A DNA stretch of 62,000 bases, the filler included. It is 22 parts of 22 records of this genome, joined end to end, with 100 filler letters (N's around TTAATTAATTAA, not from the genome) between each part and the next. Parts side by side here need not be neighbours in the genome. Positions count along the whole stretch, not along the records: positions 36,975 to 39,291 come from SRR16133337_78265; positions 39,392 to 41,472 come from SRR16133337_78269; positions 41,573 to 44,440 come from SRR16133337_78513; positions 44,541 to 46,671 come from SRR16133337_78709; positions 46,772 to 48,841 come from SRR16133337_78872; positions 48,942 to 51,040 come from SRR16133337_79062; positions 51,141 to 53,146 come from SRR16133337_79438; 15 more parts are not named here. One strand, written 5' to 3'. The notes below the pieces were generated by a model. That model had not been told where the DNA came from and searched no databases. It was given only the letters and a program-made list of their open reading frames with translations. The translations under genes and the position numbers were made by a program. Below, in pieces: positions 37,801 to 51,700 of this stretch; positions within the stretch are counted from its first letter, which is position 1, and the number at the start of each line of letters is the position of its first letter.

Positions 37801-39741
37801 CATGTGAAAGAGTTCTGATGGAAAAATGTTGTTTATGTGTAAAATTAATATCTTCCTACAGGCCCTCTAAGCACGCAAAAATGTTGGTTTTCTATTAACA
37901 AAAATGCTGTCTTTCAGGGTTAGGCCACAATAGATGGTGTTTTCAGTTTCACTCAACTCGAATCTCGCAAAAAGTTTTTATCGCATATTTTTGAAAAGGC
38001 TCGATTATCTGAAGAAAACTTGCTTTTTGGTTGTCCTCGTGTGTGGCAAGAAACAAAAGGTGGTTGGGTGGTGGTATGTGGAGGGGGTGGCGAGATAGAT
38101 GTTGTGGGTTTTTTCTACTCGGCTGAAAATTTAAAAAATTCATTTTGCAAATTTCCATTCTATTTGGTGGCGTGGCGCACGCATTTCACGCTTAAAATCA
38201 ACATTTTCTGCTTCTTGACCGGCGAAATGAGCGCGATGTAAAAGGTCAGCCACCGACAAAATGTTGTTGAATCGCGCATCCAAGGCACCAGGTGCACAAG
38301 CAACGAATTGTTTTGATAACTGCATTTAGCAGACACAAGCAACTTTCCCATTATATCAGTTTTTCAATACGCAATTCCGTAATTTCATGACAGCGGAGCA
38401 ATTTCATATCATTTGTTCGCCGTAACAATTGAAATTCCACGAAGCAAAAACATGTTTAAACATTGATAAGCGCCTCGAACGAACGCACTTTTTCGCAGAA
38501 AAAATTAACACAAATCCCTGAATCCATAACATTAAAGTTTTCGCGTTTTTGTTTTCTCACGTTTAGACATTTACACTGATTTCCGTACCAAAGAGTTTTT
38601 TTTTTATAAAATGAAATTTAAAATGGTTACACGTTTTTCCTCCACTTTTGTCGATGTGTCGCTATTTTACACTTGGATTTATTCAAGAGTACACGAGCAG
38701 GGAGGATACTGTTGTGAAACAGAAAAATGTATATTTCAAATAATATCTGATGAGAGTTTCTCTGCATGTTGTTTTAGAATGATGATTTGGTGGAAACATA
38801 TGATCATTCAGGACACACATCATCAATTGATGTACCAAGCCGTGCGAACACTGATCACCAAAAACTCGAAATCGCCCCAGCTTCATCCAAACCAACAGAA
38901 GACACTCGTGATGTTGAAATGAAAGAAGCTCCAGAGCAACAAAAAGATGAGAAACAACGTACACCAAAGTCGGAGGTCCGTAGTCAGATCATAAGCGCGA
39001 CATTTGGTTTTTATGTTGTTGTAGCCCATCAAGCCGTGTACACACTCACCCCTCCACCACACAACTCCTGCACTCCTCACCTCGAGTCGTGGGGCTTCCA
39101 ACACTTGAGGCTCGTGTTATGGGTTCCCCCAAAATCCCTGACTCGATGAACCCTCCTTACATACAAACACACCCGCATACAAACACACACTACAAAAACA
39201 CTCGCCTCACCACCCTAAAATTTTGGTTCTCATAAGTTGACATATTTTTACACGTTAAATGTTTTAAGGTAGGACTCTATCTAAGGAATTTNNNNNNNNN
39301 NNNNNNNNNNNNNNNNNNNNNNNNNNNNNNNNNNNTTAATTAATTAANNNNNNNNNNNNNNNNNNNNNNNNNNNNNNNNNNNNNNNNNNNNTTATTGTCA
39401 AAATGTTTTAAAATGATAACATAATTGTTCTCCATTGAATACAATATTTGCTGCGGTATGCTTGAATGAACTCAAAATTGTTCTTGCAGAACATAGTTAA
39501 AAATCAGACACACCAAAAAAACTTTTCATATGGCATCTTTTATATCATAATTCCTTACATATCTTCGTTGATTGTTTTGATAACAAAACAATATCAACAT
39601 GTATAGTTCTGGCTGAGAGGGCTGTTCAATTTTGCACTGTATTTAGGAGATATCGTTTCTTACACAAATTACCCAAAATTAGTCTTAGATCTTACCCTTA
39701 AGAATTTAATCTTGACGGAATTATTTATTTTTATCGTTTAG

Positions 39742-41101
39742 AAGAATGTGTAATGTGTTCAACAATATCTTGTGACGAACTTGAGATAGATCCTCACGAG
39801 TCAGGGTCAAACAATAAAGTTTGTTCTTCCACACCATTAACTGCGGAAGATTCTTGTCCTGACAAGGGTACTCATGTCGAAGCACAGGAACATTGTGAGT
39901 CACGTGGCATGCGTTTGTGTTCATGTTTTGAATTACAAGACGACGAAACTGCTGGGACAGGTACTATAATTATGAAAAATTGTGGTTACTATTGATTACG
40001 TTTTCAATGACTATGTTAGTTGTTTGATTATGGGAGTTAAAAATTACGATCAATGAACATATTTTTGATGTTTTCGAACTTCCAAATTGTTTTTTTGTTG
40101 TTGCAGACTCGGTGTTTTTGTAAGTGAAAACGTGCCCCGAGAAAAATTTAGAAATTTGTATTTCCCTTTGCAGCAGCCTTTGTTACCCAACACCTCCTTT
40201 TTTGAATTTTTGGCCACAAAATGCAAATTACAATAGATGAAAATGTTAACATAATTAGCGGTTATGCATTGAAAGTTTTTTAAAAACATTCAAGTTGTAT
40301 TTGAAATTCAATCAAAATACATTGTAAACCGTACCATTGTGTTTTATTTGCGTAGTATTCTAAATACGAACTGCAACCGCGTTTGTTTTGAAAATGTATT
40401 TTGTGAAACATCTGGTAATGGCAACATGTAACTTGCAAAAGTATCATCTCAAATATTATTGCACATAATTTAGTATTTTTTTTTTTACATTTACTATTAC
40501 CGGCCATATAATATCAGTCCTTCACCAACTCTCCGTGTACACCATACACCACATCCACACGCACCCTAGGAATAGATTTTTGCTCGAAACCGAATAATGC
40601 TTAAACAATTAAAATTATTTTGAAATTTCGAAAAACTAAGTCTGGCACACTCACTGGTGGACATGATGTGTGTGCGTTTTTTTTGGTGTGTTTTTTGTGT
40701 TTGAAAATTCAGGAATTTGCAATCAATCGAAAAATATATCATTTGTTAAGGAAGTTTGGTGCGTGTGGGTGTGGTAAGTGTGTAAAAACTGATTACAACC
40801 CCAAATTCTGTTTTCCGAAGGGGTGGGAGTTTAGAAATGTACGGTGTGAAGGTTGGGGAGGCGGAAAGGGAGTGCGTTGGTTTGATACACTATGTACTGA
40901 AAATAATTTTTTTTAATTTTTATGGCAAAGGCTGCGGGTATGATAAAGAACTCATTTGGAGTTCAACTCGTTGTGACTATGGATTTTGTATCGCTTACGG
41001 AGAGCAATCAGATGCTTCGGGTGGAAGTTTTGATGAGTGCCAAGTTGATGGAGAGTTTTATTTTCGATGTTGCGCTGATACAGATGACTCAAATTGTTGT
41101 A
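39742..41101 (+). CDS. Partial spliced Cys-rich, C-type-lectin-like extracellular domain (exons 39742-39960, 40931-41101)
   Basis: EAQEHCESRGMRLCSCFEL...GT|GCGYD...IWSSTRC...RCCAD; phase-1 junction joins in frame. Confidence 0.6.
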
Positions 41102-41812
41102 GTAAGTACTTTCAACTTGTATAGGAAAAAGTTGATATTTAGGGAAATTTAGTAGCACTCGTTTTCTCCAAATTGATATTTGTGAATATTGAAAAATTTT
41201 GTTTGAAAATTAAAAATTTGCTTGTTTGCGTGTTACAGTTCTCAATTTTTTTCGCATTTTAAAACTCTGCGACTGAGTTTATGACCAAAGAATGTTTTTT
41301 TGCGAAAATGTCGGAAACAATATACAATTCTTTACTCTCCAATTGTTTAACTGTCAATATTTGTCGTCATTACCTGGGCCCCTCAGAATTGAACAAATAA
41401 AACGTAGTTATGAAATTGACACTACAATACAAAATTATTATATGAAAAATTTCGTTTCCGGTTTAGGAGTTTNNNNNNNNNNNNNNNNNNNNNNNNNNNN
41501 NNNNNNNNNNNNNNNNTTAATTAATTAANNNNNNNNNNNNNNNNNNNNNNNNNNNNNNNNNNNNNNNNNNNNATTTGGTTCAATAATGTCGGTTACCTAA
41601 CTGATTGGTGTAGTAATGTCTGTCCCCCAAAAAAGTTGAGTCCGTGCGGCCAATCGGCGATCGGTGATCGGCGATCGGCTAAAGGGTTTTTTTTTCCCCA
41701 AACTTTCCACAAAAAAAAGAATATGTATATAAAAATATGCAGCTTTTTATTGCCCAGGAGATCGGCCTGGTCTGCGGTTTGTGCGTTACAAATTTCAATT
41801 TTTCACCTATCT

Positions 41813-41894
41813 GCCCATCTAGTCCAGTTGGTAAGGCGTTCTGTCCGTAACCTCTAGCCCGTGGGTTCAACTCTCGCCGTTGCCGTCTTTTTTT
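41813..41894 (+). pseudogene. tRNA-like / tRNA-derived SINE head with oligo-T Pol III terminator
   Basis: A-box tagtccagttggtaagg and B-box ggttcaactc at tRNA spacing, then a T-run; acceptor and anticodon stems do not pair well. Confidence 0.5.
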
Positions 41895-41925
41895 AATATT
41901 TTCTGCGTGCCAAAATGTGTATTTT

Positions 41926-42651
41926 TCCTTACCACCCAATAAAAATCTACATCTTTTCAAAAATTTTGCGCAAGGGCGACTGCGTAGTTTCGCACTCACA
42001 CGCAAAAGTTTTGTTTTTCGAGAAAATGCAACCGTCTGAAGTAGATGTTTCAGAGAAAACCGTTAATTAATTGTTTGTGTGAAAATCACCCTCCGCCAAA
42101 GGTGCTCAGACTTACAAGCATCAACGCGCGAATTTCTTTTGGATTCAGTTTGTCAATCTGTGCCTGTAAAGGATCATCAGGTCTAAAATACACAATGAGT
42201 GATTACGTTGTGCACATGAAAAATTGTTTTTTGAGTGGTCGCAAAGTGCATTGACCTTTGTGAAATGTTTTTTGTAGCATATGCAAATTTTCGTATCACA
42301 TGTGCTCATGAAAATCCAAGGGAGCCAAAATTTCTAAAAGCACGTAAGAGAATCTTAATTTTGTGTGTGACTGTTTAGTCGGGTGTGAATTTGCCAAAAG
42401 TTGTGTAAAAAAGTTTCAGACATTGAAACCATATCGTCTGGTTATTGTCCAATTACACACTCTCTTTCAGGCAAAAGTTGTAACCCCCAAATAAAATCCA
42501 ACACAATCTCAAGTGAAAAGGTAATGGTAAACATACCTCCTGTGGTAAGAAATATCCATTGCCAAATATTCACTATTTAAAATTTCTTCGATCTAAATAC
42601 AAAAAAAATTTCGAATCAATAATATGTAGATTTTTTATTGTGTGGCAAGGA
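41926..42651. mobile_element. MITE-like element with ~27-bp TIRs
   Basis: tccttaccacccaataaaaatctacat vs atgtagattttttattgtgtggcaagga. Confidence 0.55.
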
Positions 42652-44647
42652 GATTGGCCTGGAAGTTTTTTGTATTTTATGGATTCCAAAATGCATTAAA
42701 AAATTTACAAAAATAAGACATCATTTGTAGGGTTTTATTGGGGTCTTGCAAAATTGGCATGCCATAAATTCACATTTTTCATCATATTTTAGAGCTTTTG
42801 CATCAAATTATTGCGGCATTGCGTCAAAATCGCACTTTATACATCAATTTTGTTGATTATCGCCATATTTTGTGATTTTGTGATTTTTTTAACAACAAAA
42901 TTGTTGAAAGTGTGATTTTTTAACCAGGCCAAACTAAGAGGGTTTTGCAGTACAGCAAAAAATAATTCACATTTCTAACATCTATTTTCGAATTTGTGCA
43001 ATTTTTGCACTTTGATACTGTGGATTTCACACGTGTGTTAGCATTCGATTTTAAAAAAATCAAGAATGATAGTTTCACAACAACAACCAAAAAGCATTCA
43101 CACAATGGAAACAAGCTTACATGGTCCCGCAGGCAATCTGGAATCATCACTTTAAGCTTGTCAGACAAGGCACTTTCCATCAAGCTGTCCGAACACGCAA
43201 CAGTTTTCGCTGAAAGAGAGATTGGGACCTCCCCATTGGACGTCAAAAATGTAAATTCGAAGTTATCTACACAACACCACGTAACAGTTTCAGACAGTCG
43301 ATTTCTGTGTTCCACACCTGCACCGACATACGAAAATTTTCGTTTGGGGTACAAAGTATGGCAAAATCCTTAGAGTTTTGTCCCAGTTGGAAATACGTCA
43401 TTACAACCTCAATGTATGATGTTGGTGCTAAAGAAGCTAAAAAAAAATTGCAAAATACCTTGCAAAATCATTGAAAAAGTGCGAAAACCGCATAACATAC
43501 ACACTGTTCGCAACATTCTCTAAAAATATTGCGAGACTTTGTCCATTTTTTGGCTTCATGGAGATTTTCACATTACATATTGCAACACCACTCCATGTCA
43601 TAACAGAAAGATGTAGTACGGGGTTACACATTTGCTATAACTGATAAAGTTAAACCAACAACATAATCTATAAATTAAGAAAGTAGAATGTCAAACTTTT
43701 CACATCAAAACTCACCTTTTGACTCTTTATCGAATACATCACGAAACGCCTTCAGATTTTCGAGTAGTATCGTCCTGTCAGTGCTTGTACCACTATCGTC
43801 GAATTCTGTAGAAATTTTGCGACGCCTTCCTGGCTACGCATGCACAAGACATATTTTATCACGTGTGTTCCGAAAGAAAAACAATTGTTTTGACTCAATT
43901 TCTTGATTGTACTTGTGACTTTCACAATTTTCTTGTGAAGCGGCAACTTTCCACATAAAAATCTCGTTGCGTCGTCGCATGGGACATAGAGATAAAAGAA
44001 ACTGTACATCAGAAACATTTCGTTAATTGGTGGTATTGCAATATTTGCTTGGTCATGAAATATTGTAACAATCTATTTTTAGAGTACCACGTTGAAATGT
44101 GCTTTTTGAAGTGAAATACAACACACCATTTGCCACATAAGGGCCGAAAACTCATCGTAACATGTGTTCAAGGATTTTCAAAATCTCCCATAATCATGAC
44201 AACTTGGGCATATTTCCTTGAAAGTTTCACAAAAATCACAAAAAAATGGAAAATCACCAAAAAGCAAAACATCACCAAAAAGCAAAACATCACCAAAAAT
44301 TGTATTTCGTTGTCACCAAAGTATTTTAGAAATTTCAACACAAAAAACGAAGGGGTTGGCTGGTTTTTATCAATAAATTTGTGGTTTGTTTGATAGATTT
44401 TTGCCTAAAGAAAGTTGATGGCAAGCCCACTCTAAATACGNNNNNNNNNNNNNNNNNNNNNNNNNNNNNNNNNNNNNNNNNNNNTTAATTAATTAANNNN
44501 NNNNNNNNNNNNNNNNNNNNNNNNNNNNNNNNNNNNNNNNTTATTCATTGATATACCGTGTATTTGTGATATACTAAAATCTGTTTATAACAAGACCCAA
44601 ACAAAAATGACAATTTTCCAAACCTCAATGCAAAGGAAATTACGTAC

Positions 44648-44895
44648 CGATTCAGAAGCATTTTCTTCAAATCTTTTTGGAATGGATCCTTTCGACCATT
44701 TGGAGCACCACCATCCACATTGTCGCCATTCACACCGCCGCCATTCACACCGTCGCCATTTACACCATCGCCATTTACAGAATCGTGGGGATCCATTAAA
44801 TTCACACCACCACCATTCACCACGCCATCGCTTGCAGTGTCACCATTTGGAGCACCGTCATCGTGTTTTTCACCATTTGTGTGAACCTCGGTCAC
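44648..44895 (-). CDS. Eukaryotic exon with VNGDG/VNGGG pentapeptide repeats; boundaries approximate
   Basis: 15-nt repeats encode VNGDGVNGDGVNGGGVNGDN; ends at a gtacgt donor. Confidence 0.45.
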
Positions 44896-46841
44896 TGTTA
44901 TTTTGATTTCATTTCCCCCCTAAACGAAAGAAAACAAGAAAACAAGAAAACAAAGGATAAGGACATGTCGCTACACGAAACTTGGACAATTCTAGACGTT
45001 ACTATATTTCTGAATACCATGAAAATGTGACATTTTGCTTGCTTGAGAATTCTAAAAATTTGCATGTTTGTGGCATATTGGCGTTTTTGCATTACTTCGC
45101 ATTTTCAAATACTACAGTAGATGTTTGACCAAAGAAAAATATTAGCGAAGAAGTCTGGAAATTTTTATACGATTTTGCTCTGTCAATTGGATATTGGTGG
45201 ATATATGTGCCATTTTTCAGTCAAATTCTCTCAGGGTGGAACAGGCAAACATAGTTACGAAGCTGTCACCCTAAAAGAACATTTTTGGGCTGTATAAAAT
45301 ATTTTTCAAGAATTATAATGGCTTTAAAAATCCCGATTAGGGTAGATTTTTTTGCTCGGGAAATTTGGCAATTTATTCAACGTCTATCACACTCCGCTTT
45401 TTTTACATTTTCAAATCATAACCTAATTTTGATCGACAAATGCTGCTGTAAAACAAACACACAATAAATCATTTGCTGGATGGGACCCTTAGCATTTAAA
45501 ACGGGTAGCATTTTGTTTTTTGAAAAAAAAGCACCAAATGAAAATATCTCACATTGAAAATATTAACCAATCAAATACCTCAATTGGCTTGGTGAATTTC
45601 CAATAGGTGTCATTTCTCGAGTTATGTTCATGAAAATTTGATTCCATGTGGGAAGTTTACGCCACAGCGAAATCGGGTGCTAACTTTGCTTGTTTTGGGT
45701 AACCTTGTTAGCCAATTCTCCTTAGTCGGGGTGAAAACTGTGGCCCCTCTAGATCTGCCTTTTCAAGAAAAAAGTAAGAGGATTTAAATTTTCACTTTTG
45801 GTACAAAACAAACATTAACTATTGAAATCCCAAAATTAAATTTAATTCTTTCGTTCACTACCAAAAAAAGTCACTCAAAGAGCACAATAAAATTGGTACA
45901 TCAAAAATTCCGTCCCATAACCGCGCAAAAAATTTTATTTCTAGCTTTACAAGCCGGAACAAGTCCTGCAATACAAATTAAATTTCAGAAAAAAAGAAAT
46001 GTGGTGGGCGAATTCCCTTTTTGCTCTGAACTTTCGCACGAACAAAAAGCAGCCACTTCTCCGAACACATCACATTCTTTAAGAAATTTCGCACTTTGAC
46101 AAACTCACCAGATTTTCAGTTTCGCTCATCAGCTTGTGTATTATTTATAGAAAAATATTCGACCAAAAAGCCTTAGAATAATGTGTGGAAGAAAAAAAAG
46201 AGGGTCGTTGTTGTACGAATACTAAACTACTACACAAGTGTGATCACTTTATTGCGACTCGGTTTTGTGTGACGTGGAAACAGTGAGAAAAAATGGACAA
46301 TGCACACGACCAAACGATTCGCATGTTTGAGGAGAAGTCAAGAACTGTATGCAGTGAGGGAACGTTGAAAGGTCCGAGGGAGTGTGGGGAAGCTATCGTC
46401 AGGGGAGGGTTGGCCTCAGTGTTTCAAATCTTCAACAAAGTCCGACACCGAAGAGTTACCACCACACAAACACAGAACGCTGAACTTCTTTACGTCTACT
46501 TCTGAGCAAAGTGTTTCTTTCATCGTAGAATTTCTGTCGTTGGCGGACTGGGAGAGGGAGAGAAACGATTTTTGCCGCCGTTGACCTTTTATACTGTTCA
46601 CTTGACCCTCAACCCTTGAAATTAAGTCCGCACATGCCGCTGCAAATTCATTTCCCAATAATCATTTTGAANNNNNNNNNNNNNNNNNNNNNNNNNNNNN
46701 NNNNNNNNNNNNNNNTTAATTAATTAANNNNNNNNNNNNNNNNNNNNNNNNNNNNNNNNNNNNNNNNNNNNTTGTCTTGCAGTCTATTCTTTACTGACTT
46801 TAGACCTTCGACTTTCCGCCTTTCGACTCCTCTAATTTTAA

Positions 46842-47612
46842 CTAAATAATTTTTTTAAGAACTCTCAATTTGTGCGTATGTTTTTGTGTTTCAATATTGT
46901 AAATTCCAGAATGATCTAAACGATCAATACGAACTTTTCCATGTGCGTGGATGATGTAATTGTCTTTCATAATAATTCCAACATGTGTAATGATTCCTTT
47001 CTCATCATCAAAAAAAGCCAAATCTCCGGGTTCACTTTCCTCAAGAAAACTCAAGACCTCTCCTTGAGTAGCTTGTTGTGAAGCATCTCTTAGTAATTTG
47101 TATCCATTTAATTTGTAAACCATCTGAGAAAAACCAGAGCAGTCAATCCCAAAAGGGGTTCTGCCTCCCCACAAATAAGGAGTGTTTAGGAATAAAAGAG
47201 CCGTCTTTAAAAGGGTGTTTTTTGGTTTTTTTTTGTCGATGATCTCTCCTTCGTAACGATAATTAGAATTTCCTATTGAAAAGGTGTTGTTGTGAAAATT
47301 AGGGAAGATTGCACCTAAAGTAATCGTAGACAAAACTTGATTTTGGTCACTAATAAAGTCCACCAAATTTCCTGCCAATACAACTTTTGATTTGTCAAGT
47401 GAAAAGTATTCCTCTTTAGAAATAAATAAGAATTGTTTATTGTCTACCCACCCTTTATATTTATCAAATGCCAAACAAATTTTACTCCATTCTTTACGAA
47501 TTTCCAGAACTTTAAAATGCTCTCCAAACAAAATTTGAGAAATCAGTTCTGCTTTGTTTGAAGGTTTAGCTCTTAAAGGAACAATGCTTAAATTACAAAT
47601 TCCATAATCCAT
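46842..47612 (-). CDS. SH3b + NlpC/P60 (C40) cell-wall peptidase
   Basis: PYLWGG, GIDCSG, RDASQQ, PGDLAFF, HVGI, IIHA. Confidence 0.92.
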   Translation of the reverse strand: MDYGICNLSIVPLRAKPSNKAELISQILFGEHFKVLEIRKEWSKICLAFDKYKGWVDNKQFLFISKEEYFSLDKSKVVLAGNLVDFISDQNQVLSTITLGAIFPNFHNNTFSIGNSNYRYEGEIIDKKKPKNTLLKTALLFLNTPYLWGGRTPFGIDCSGFSQMVYKLNGYKLLRDASQQATQGEVLSFLEESEPGDLAFFDDEKGIITHVGIIMKDNYIIHAHGKVRIDRLDHSGIYNIETQKHTHKLRVLKKII

Positions 47613-47615
47613 GAA

Positions 47616-48797
47616 TCAATGTATTTTTTCTAAGATTGTGGCACTTGCACCCCCACCTCCATTACAGATTCCAGCAGCTCCAATTTTTGCTTTGTTTTGT
47701 TTTAAAACGTGGAGTAATGTTACCAGTATTCGTGTTCCTGAACAACCTAAAGGATGTCCTAAAGAAACGGCCCCTCCATTTACATTTGTCTTTTTTAAAT
47801 CTATTTGTAAAAGTTTGCAATTTGCAATTCCCACCACAGAAAAAGCTTCATTTAATTCAAAATAATCAACCTCAGAAATAGGGATGTTTGCTTTTTTCAA
47901 AGCTTTTGGTAATGCTTTTGCAGGAGTTGTAGTAAACCGTTCTGGTTCTTGTGAAGCATCTGCATAGCCTATAATTTTCGCTAAGGGAGTTTGTTTTAGT
48001 TCTTTTGCTTTGTCTAATGACATCAATACCAAGGCTGCTGCCCCATCATTTAAAGTGGAAGAATTTGCCGCAGTTACAGTTCCATCTTTAGAAAAAGCAG
48101 GACGTAAATGGGAAACTTTCTCGAAATCAATTTTGGTATATTCTTCATCTTCAGAAATAAGCCTTGGTTCTCCTTTTTTCTGTGGGACAGGAACGGGTAC
48201 AATTTCATCAGAAAATTTCCCTAATTTCCAAGCTTTTTGAGAACGCAAATAAGATTCTTTAGCAAAATCATCCTGTTCTTTTCTAGAAATATGATGTTCA
48301 GAAGCACATAAATCAGCACAAACTCCCATGTGATTTTGATTGTAAACATTTGTAAGACCATCTTTTAAAAGACCATCGGTTAGGTTTAAATTTCCAAATT
48401 TAGTTGCCTTTCTACCTTCAAAATAATAAGGTGTTAACGACATATTTTCCATGCCTCCAGCAATGACAATATCTGCATCGCCACATTGAATGATTTGTGT
48501 TGCTTGTATTACGGTTTTCATGCCCGAAGCACATACTTTGTTTACAGTGGTACAAGGAACACTGTCTGGGATTCCTGCTAAAATTGCCGCCTGTTTTGCG
48601 GGTGCTTGACCTAAATTGGCTTGCAGTACGTTTCCCATCAAAACTTCATCTACAAGTGTTGGATCTAGTTTTATTTTGTTGAGTGCTCCTTTGATAGCAA
48701 TCGCTCCTAACTGCGTGGCGGGGATACTTGCTAGATTTCCTAAAAAACTTCCTATAGGGGTTCTTACAGCAGAGACAATGACAACTTCTTTGTTCAT
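47616..48797 (-). CDS. atoB: Acetyl-CoA C-acetyltransferase (thiolase)
   Basis: RTPIGSF, NKVCASGM, ELNEAF, GGAVSLGHPLG, ICNGGGG. Confidence 0.92.
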   Translation of the reverse strand: MNKEVVIVSAVRTPIGSFLGNLASIPATQLGAIAIKGALNKIKLDPTLVDEVLMGNVLQANLGQAPAKQAAILAGIPDSVPCTTVNKVCASGMKTVIQATQIIQCGDADIVIAGGMENMSLTPYYFEGRKATKFGNLNLTDGLLKDGLTNVYNQNHMGVCADLCASEHHISRKEQDDFAKESYLRSQKAWKLGKFSDEIVPVPVPQKKGEPRLISEDEEYTKIDFEKVSHLRPAFSKDGTVTAANSSTLNDGAAALVLMSLDKAKELKQTPLAKIIGYADASQEPERFTTTPAKALPKALKKANIPISEVDYFELNEAFSVVGIANCKLLQIDLKKTNVNGGAVSLGHPLGCSGTRILVTLLHVLKQNKAKIGAAGICNGGGGASATILEKIH

Positions 48798-51700
48798 AAA
48801 AGAGTTTTTTAAATTTAATATGAATGTCCTAAAAACAAAGANNNNNNNNNNNNNNNNNNNNNNNNNNNNNNNNNNNNNNNNNNNNTTAATTAATTAANNN
48901 NNNNNNNNNNNNNNNNNNNNNNNNNNNNNNNNNNNNNNNNNTCTTTTGCCCAAAATCTGACCTTTTCGGTGTAGTGGACAAATTAGTTTGTCATGGCAAA
49001 GGCAAAGGAGAATATGTTGGAGTGGTGGGTATTGTAGATTACTAGTCCAAGAATGTTTCATCTCGCATTTTTTGAGCGCGAATTTTCAACAACCACAAAA
49101 AAGTTCGAAGTATGAAAAAAAATCACCAAACCTGACGGACAAGGAGCAATGCCAACATTTTCACTCCTTTGTGCGAGGTGCAACAAGCCGGTTTTGTAAT
49201 AAAAATGTTGGAAAGACATTTAATTATGGGATTTCTTGTAGGTGGAGGCGTATGTTTTCTCATTAGTTTATTTGTTCGATACTTTGCATTCTAAAGACAA
49301 TCAGTTGTTTTGGAGCGTTCAAAAGTTGTACTAATGGAAATTTCGAAAATCTCTTTTTTTAATTAGATGATTTGCGAGTATGATTGTATATCTTTTGCAA
49401 GTATCGCACTTTTACATCTTTTTGCGGAAATTCGCAACAAAATTCGCATTGCAAGAACTTTGTAATCCACCAATTTTTTTTCTGATTTTAGCGCATACAC
49501 TGAGACTTGTGAATTGTACACGCGAACATACGTGTGAAGTGGGTGGTTACAAATTTATGTGATAAGGGTGGTGAATATTTATGTAAACAAACGTGTAACC
49601 TTTTGGACTGTCGACACAAGAATTCTTTGTACTTGCTTGTAGATATGTCTGTTAAACCTGCTCAATTATCTGGACGAACGTTTCTGTGTCAGAACAAAGA
49701 TGAACTTATATTCGCCGGAGCGTTTACTAACTCTTTTAGAATGCGACACGTCACTGGACCCGTGAAAAGTAGTTGTTTGTATGTTGCGGGAACTCCCCAA
49801 GTATGTAATGAATCGTTTTTGGTGGTGGTAAAGAGTTTGATATGGTCTGAAAATTACGTCACAAATTGCAAACACGTACCACATAATAGCACAATTCTAC
49901 TTTTTGGTGTGAAGGAATGGAGTGTTGGAGGAGTAGATGTGCGGTAGTGAGGAGAATACTCTAAAAAACATTTACATGGTGTAGTACCATTCAAACTTGT
50001 GACATATCCAAAATATTAGTAATATTTTTATTTTGTATGCTGTGTATTAGCTAAAGAGGCAAGAAATACCTCAATTTCTATACAAACACACCAAACTTCC
50101 ACTCGACATCGGTAATATCATTCAGCTGTTTGTCCCTGTAAGTACAATGTGTGAATATGGGCAAAATTTATTTTGGGAGTTCTTCCACTCAACGTGCACA
50201 TTCAGCATTTATTTGTTTATATATATATATATATATATTTTCCCTTTCCTATTTCTATCCTCGTGCTTGAAAATTAAGAATGTGCGTGTTTTTCAAGAGT
50301 CACGGAAACCTGTTCTCCATGCCAAAACAAAAGTAGTGTCGAATGAGTCTTTCATTGATGAAAATGATATGTTTTTATTAACTATTAGTGCAACAACAAA
50401 ATGCTACAAGATGACATTCACCCTTAATATCAAACAGACCCAAATCACAAAACACAAGCATTCAATTGTTCTTCAACAAAAGATTTTTTTTAGCAGAACC
50501 CATCTCTTGTAAAACTTTAATTGGAAATTTGTTGAAAATGGGATCCAATGTGAGCTTTTCAAAGACCAAATTATTGTCTATTTTTAGTTACCAATATTTT
50601 CACCATTACAACCCGCAAAATTATTGAACCTCAATGTGAAAAATGGATACGAAGGCGAGAAGGAACTATGTATGTCGATGTCATGATTCCTCATTAAATT
50701 TTGAGTGGTTTCTTGGAACTCAAATACACATATTTTTCGCAAAGTTTAACCACGTAAATTTATTTTTCAAAATTCAATCCTAGAAAATACAAGCATCTTT
50801 CCCTACAAATTTCCTCAAACAAAAAGATGATTTAAGGTGGAAGTTGAGTAACGGCTATTTGAAAAGGCAACTGTAATTGAAAGTACAATCAAAATAGCTT
50901 AAAAGGATAGGTTTTTGTGCGCTCTTTTTCACACGAAAATGAAAAAAAGTCACGAAACTCTTAAATATAGTCGTGCGCGCTCCCATAAATCTTACCCACC
51001 TGGTGGAGATGTGCAATCGTTTCATTTTTATGGTTGTCAGNNNNNNNNNNNNNNNNNNNNNNNNNNNNNNNNNNNNNNNNNNNNTTAATTAATTAANNNN
51101 NNNNNNNNNNNNNNNNNNNNNNNNNNNNNNNNNNNNNNNNCAAAAAAAAAATAGTATAAGGAAGAGAACTTCATTACACAAGAAATAATAATAGGCAACC
51201 CGCCTTGCCTTTCGCTCTTAAGCGATTAAACCATAATTTCTAAATTAAAAAAGAAAGGAACTCCCCTCTAGGCGTTTCTTAAGTTTTCTGCTTGTATCTC
51301 GAAGGTGGGTTTGCTTTTCAGTCCCCATATAATCAAAATTTCGGCATAACAGACATTATACCTATACCTAACCTGCAAATTTCAAACTCTTCACAAAAAG
51401 CGTATCAAAAACAATAAAATCCATTGAAATACTCTACCTTAACGTACGGTGTTCGAAATAACAAAAACATCCTTTTACAAAAACTAGCAAACGCTAGTCG
51501 GCTGATAGTGAGAAACAAATAAAACATAATTTTTATAAAGAAAGCACGCAGATCGATACTTTTTTCGGATTGAGTTTTCAAGTAGATAAAGAAATTTGTG
51601 GAACTACGTTATTCCGAGGGTTGCAACACCAAATTTCTAACAACATGCGGTAAAATGGAACCACAGAGGCAAAGAAAAAACGAAAAACAAATAAACTTTT

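Noticed and set aside
44230-44298. 18-bp repeats (aaacatcaccaaaaagca)
   Set aside because: Short minisatellite without spacers in non-coding eukaryotic DNA
44607-44906. His/Arg-rich ORF on the + strand
   Set aside because: Antisense shadow of the VNGDG-repeat exon
50218-50238. (TA)n microsatellite, also (CT)n near 24794-24813
   Set aside because: Ordinary eukaryotic simple repeats
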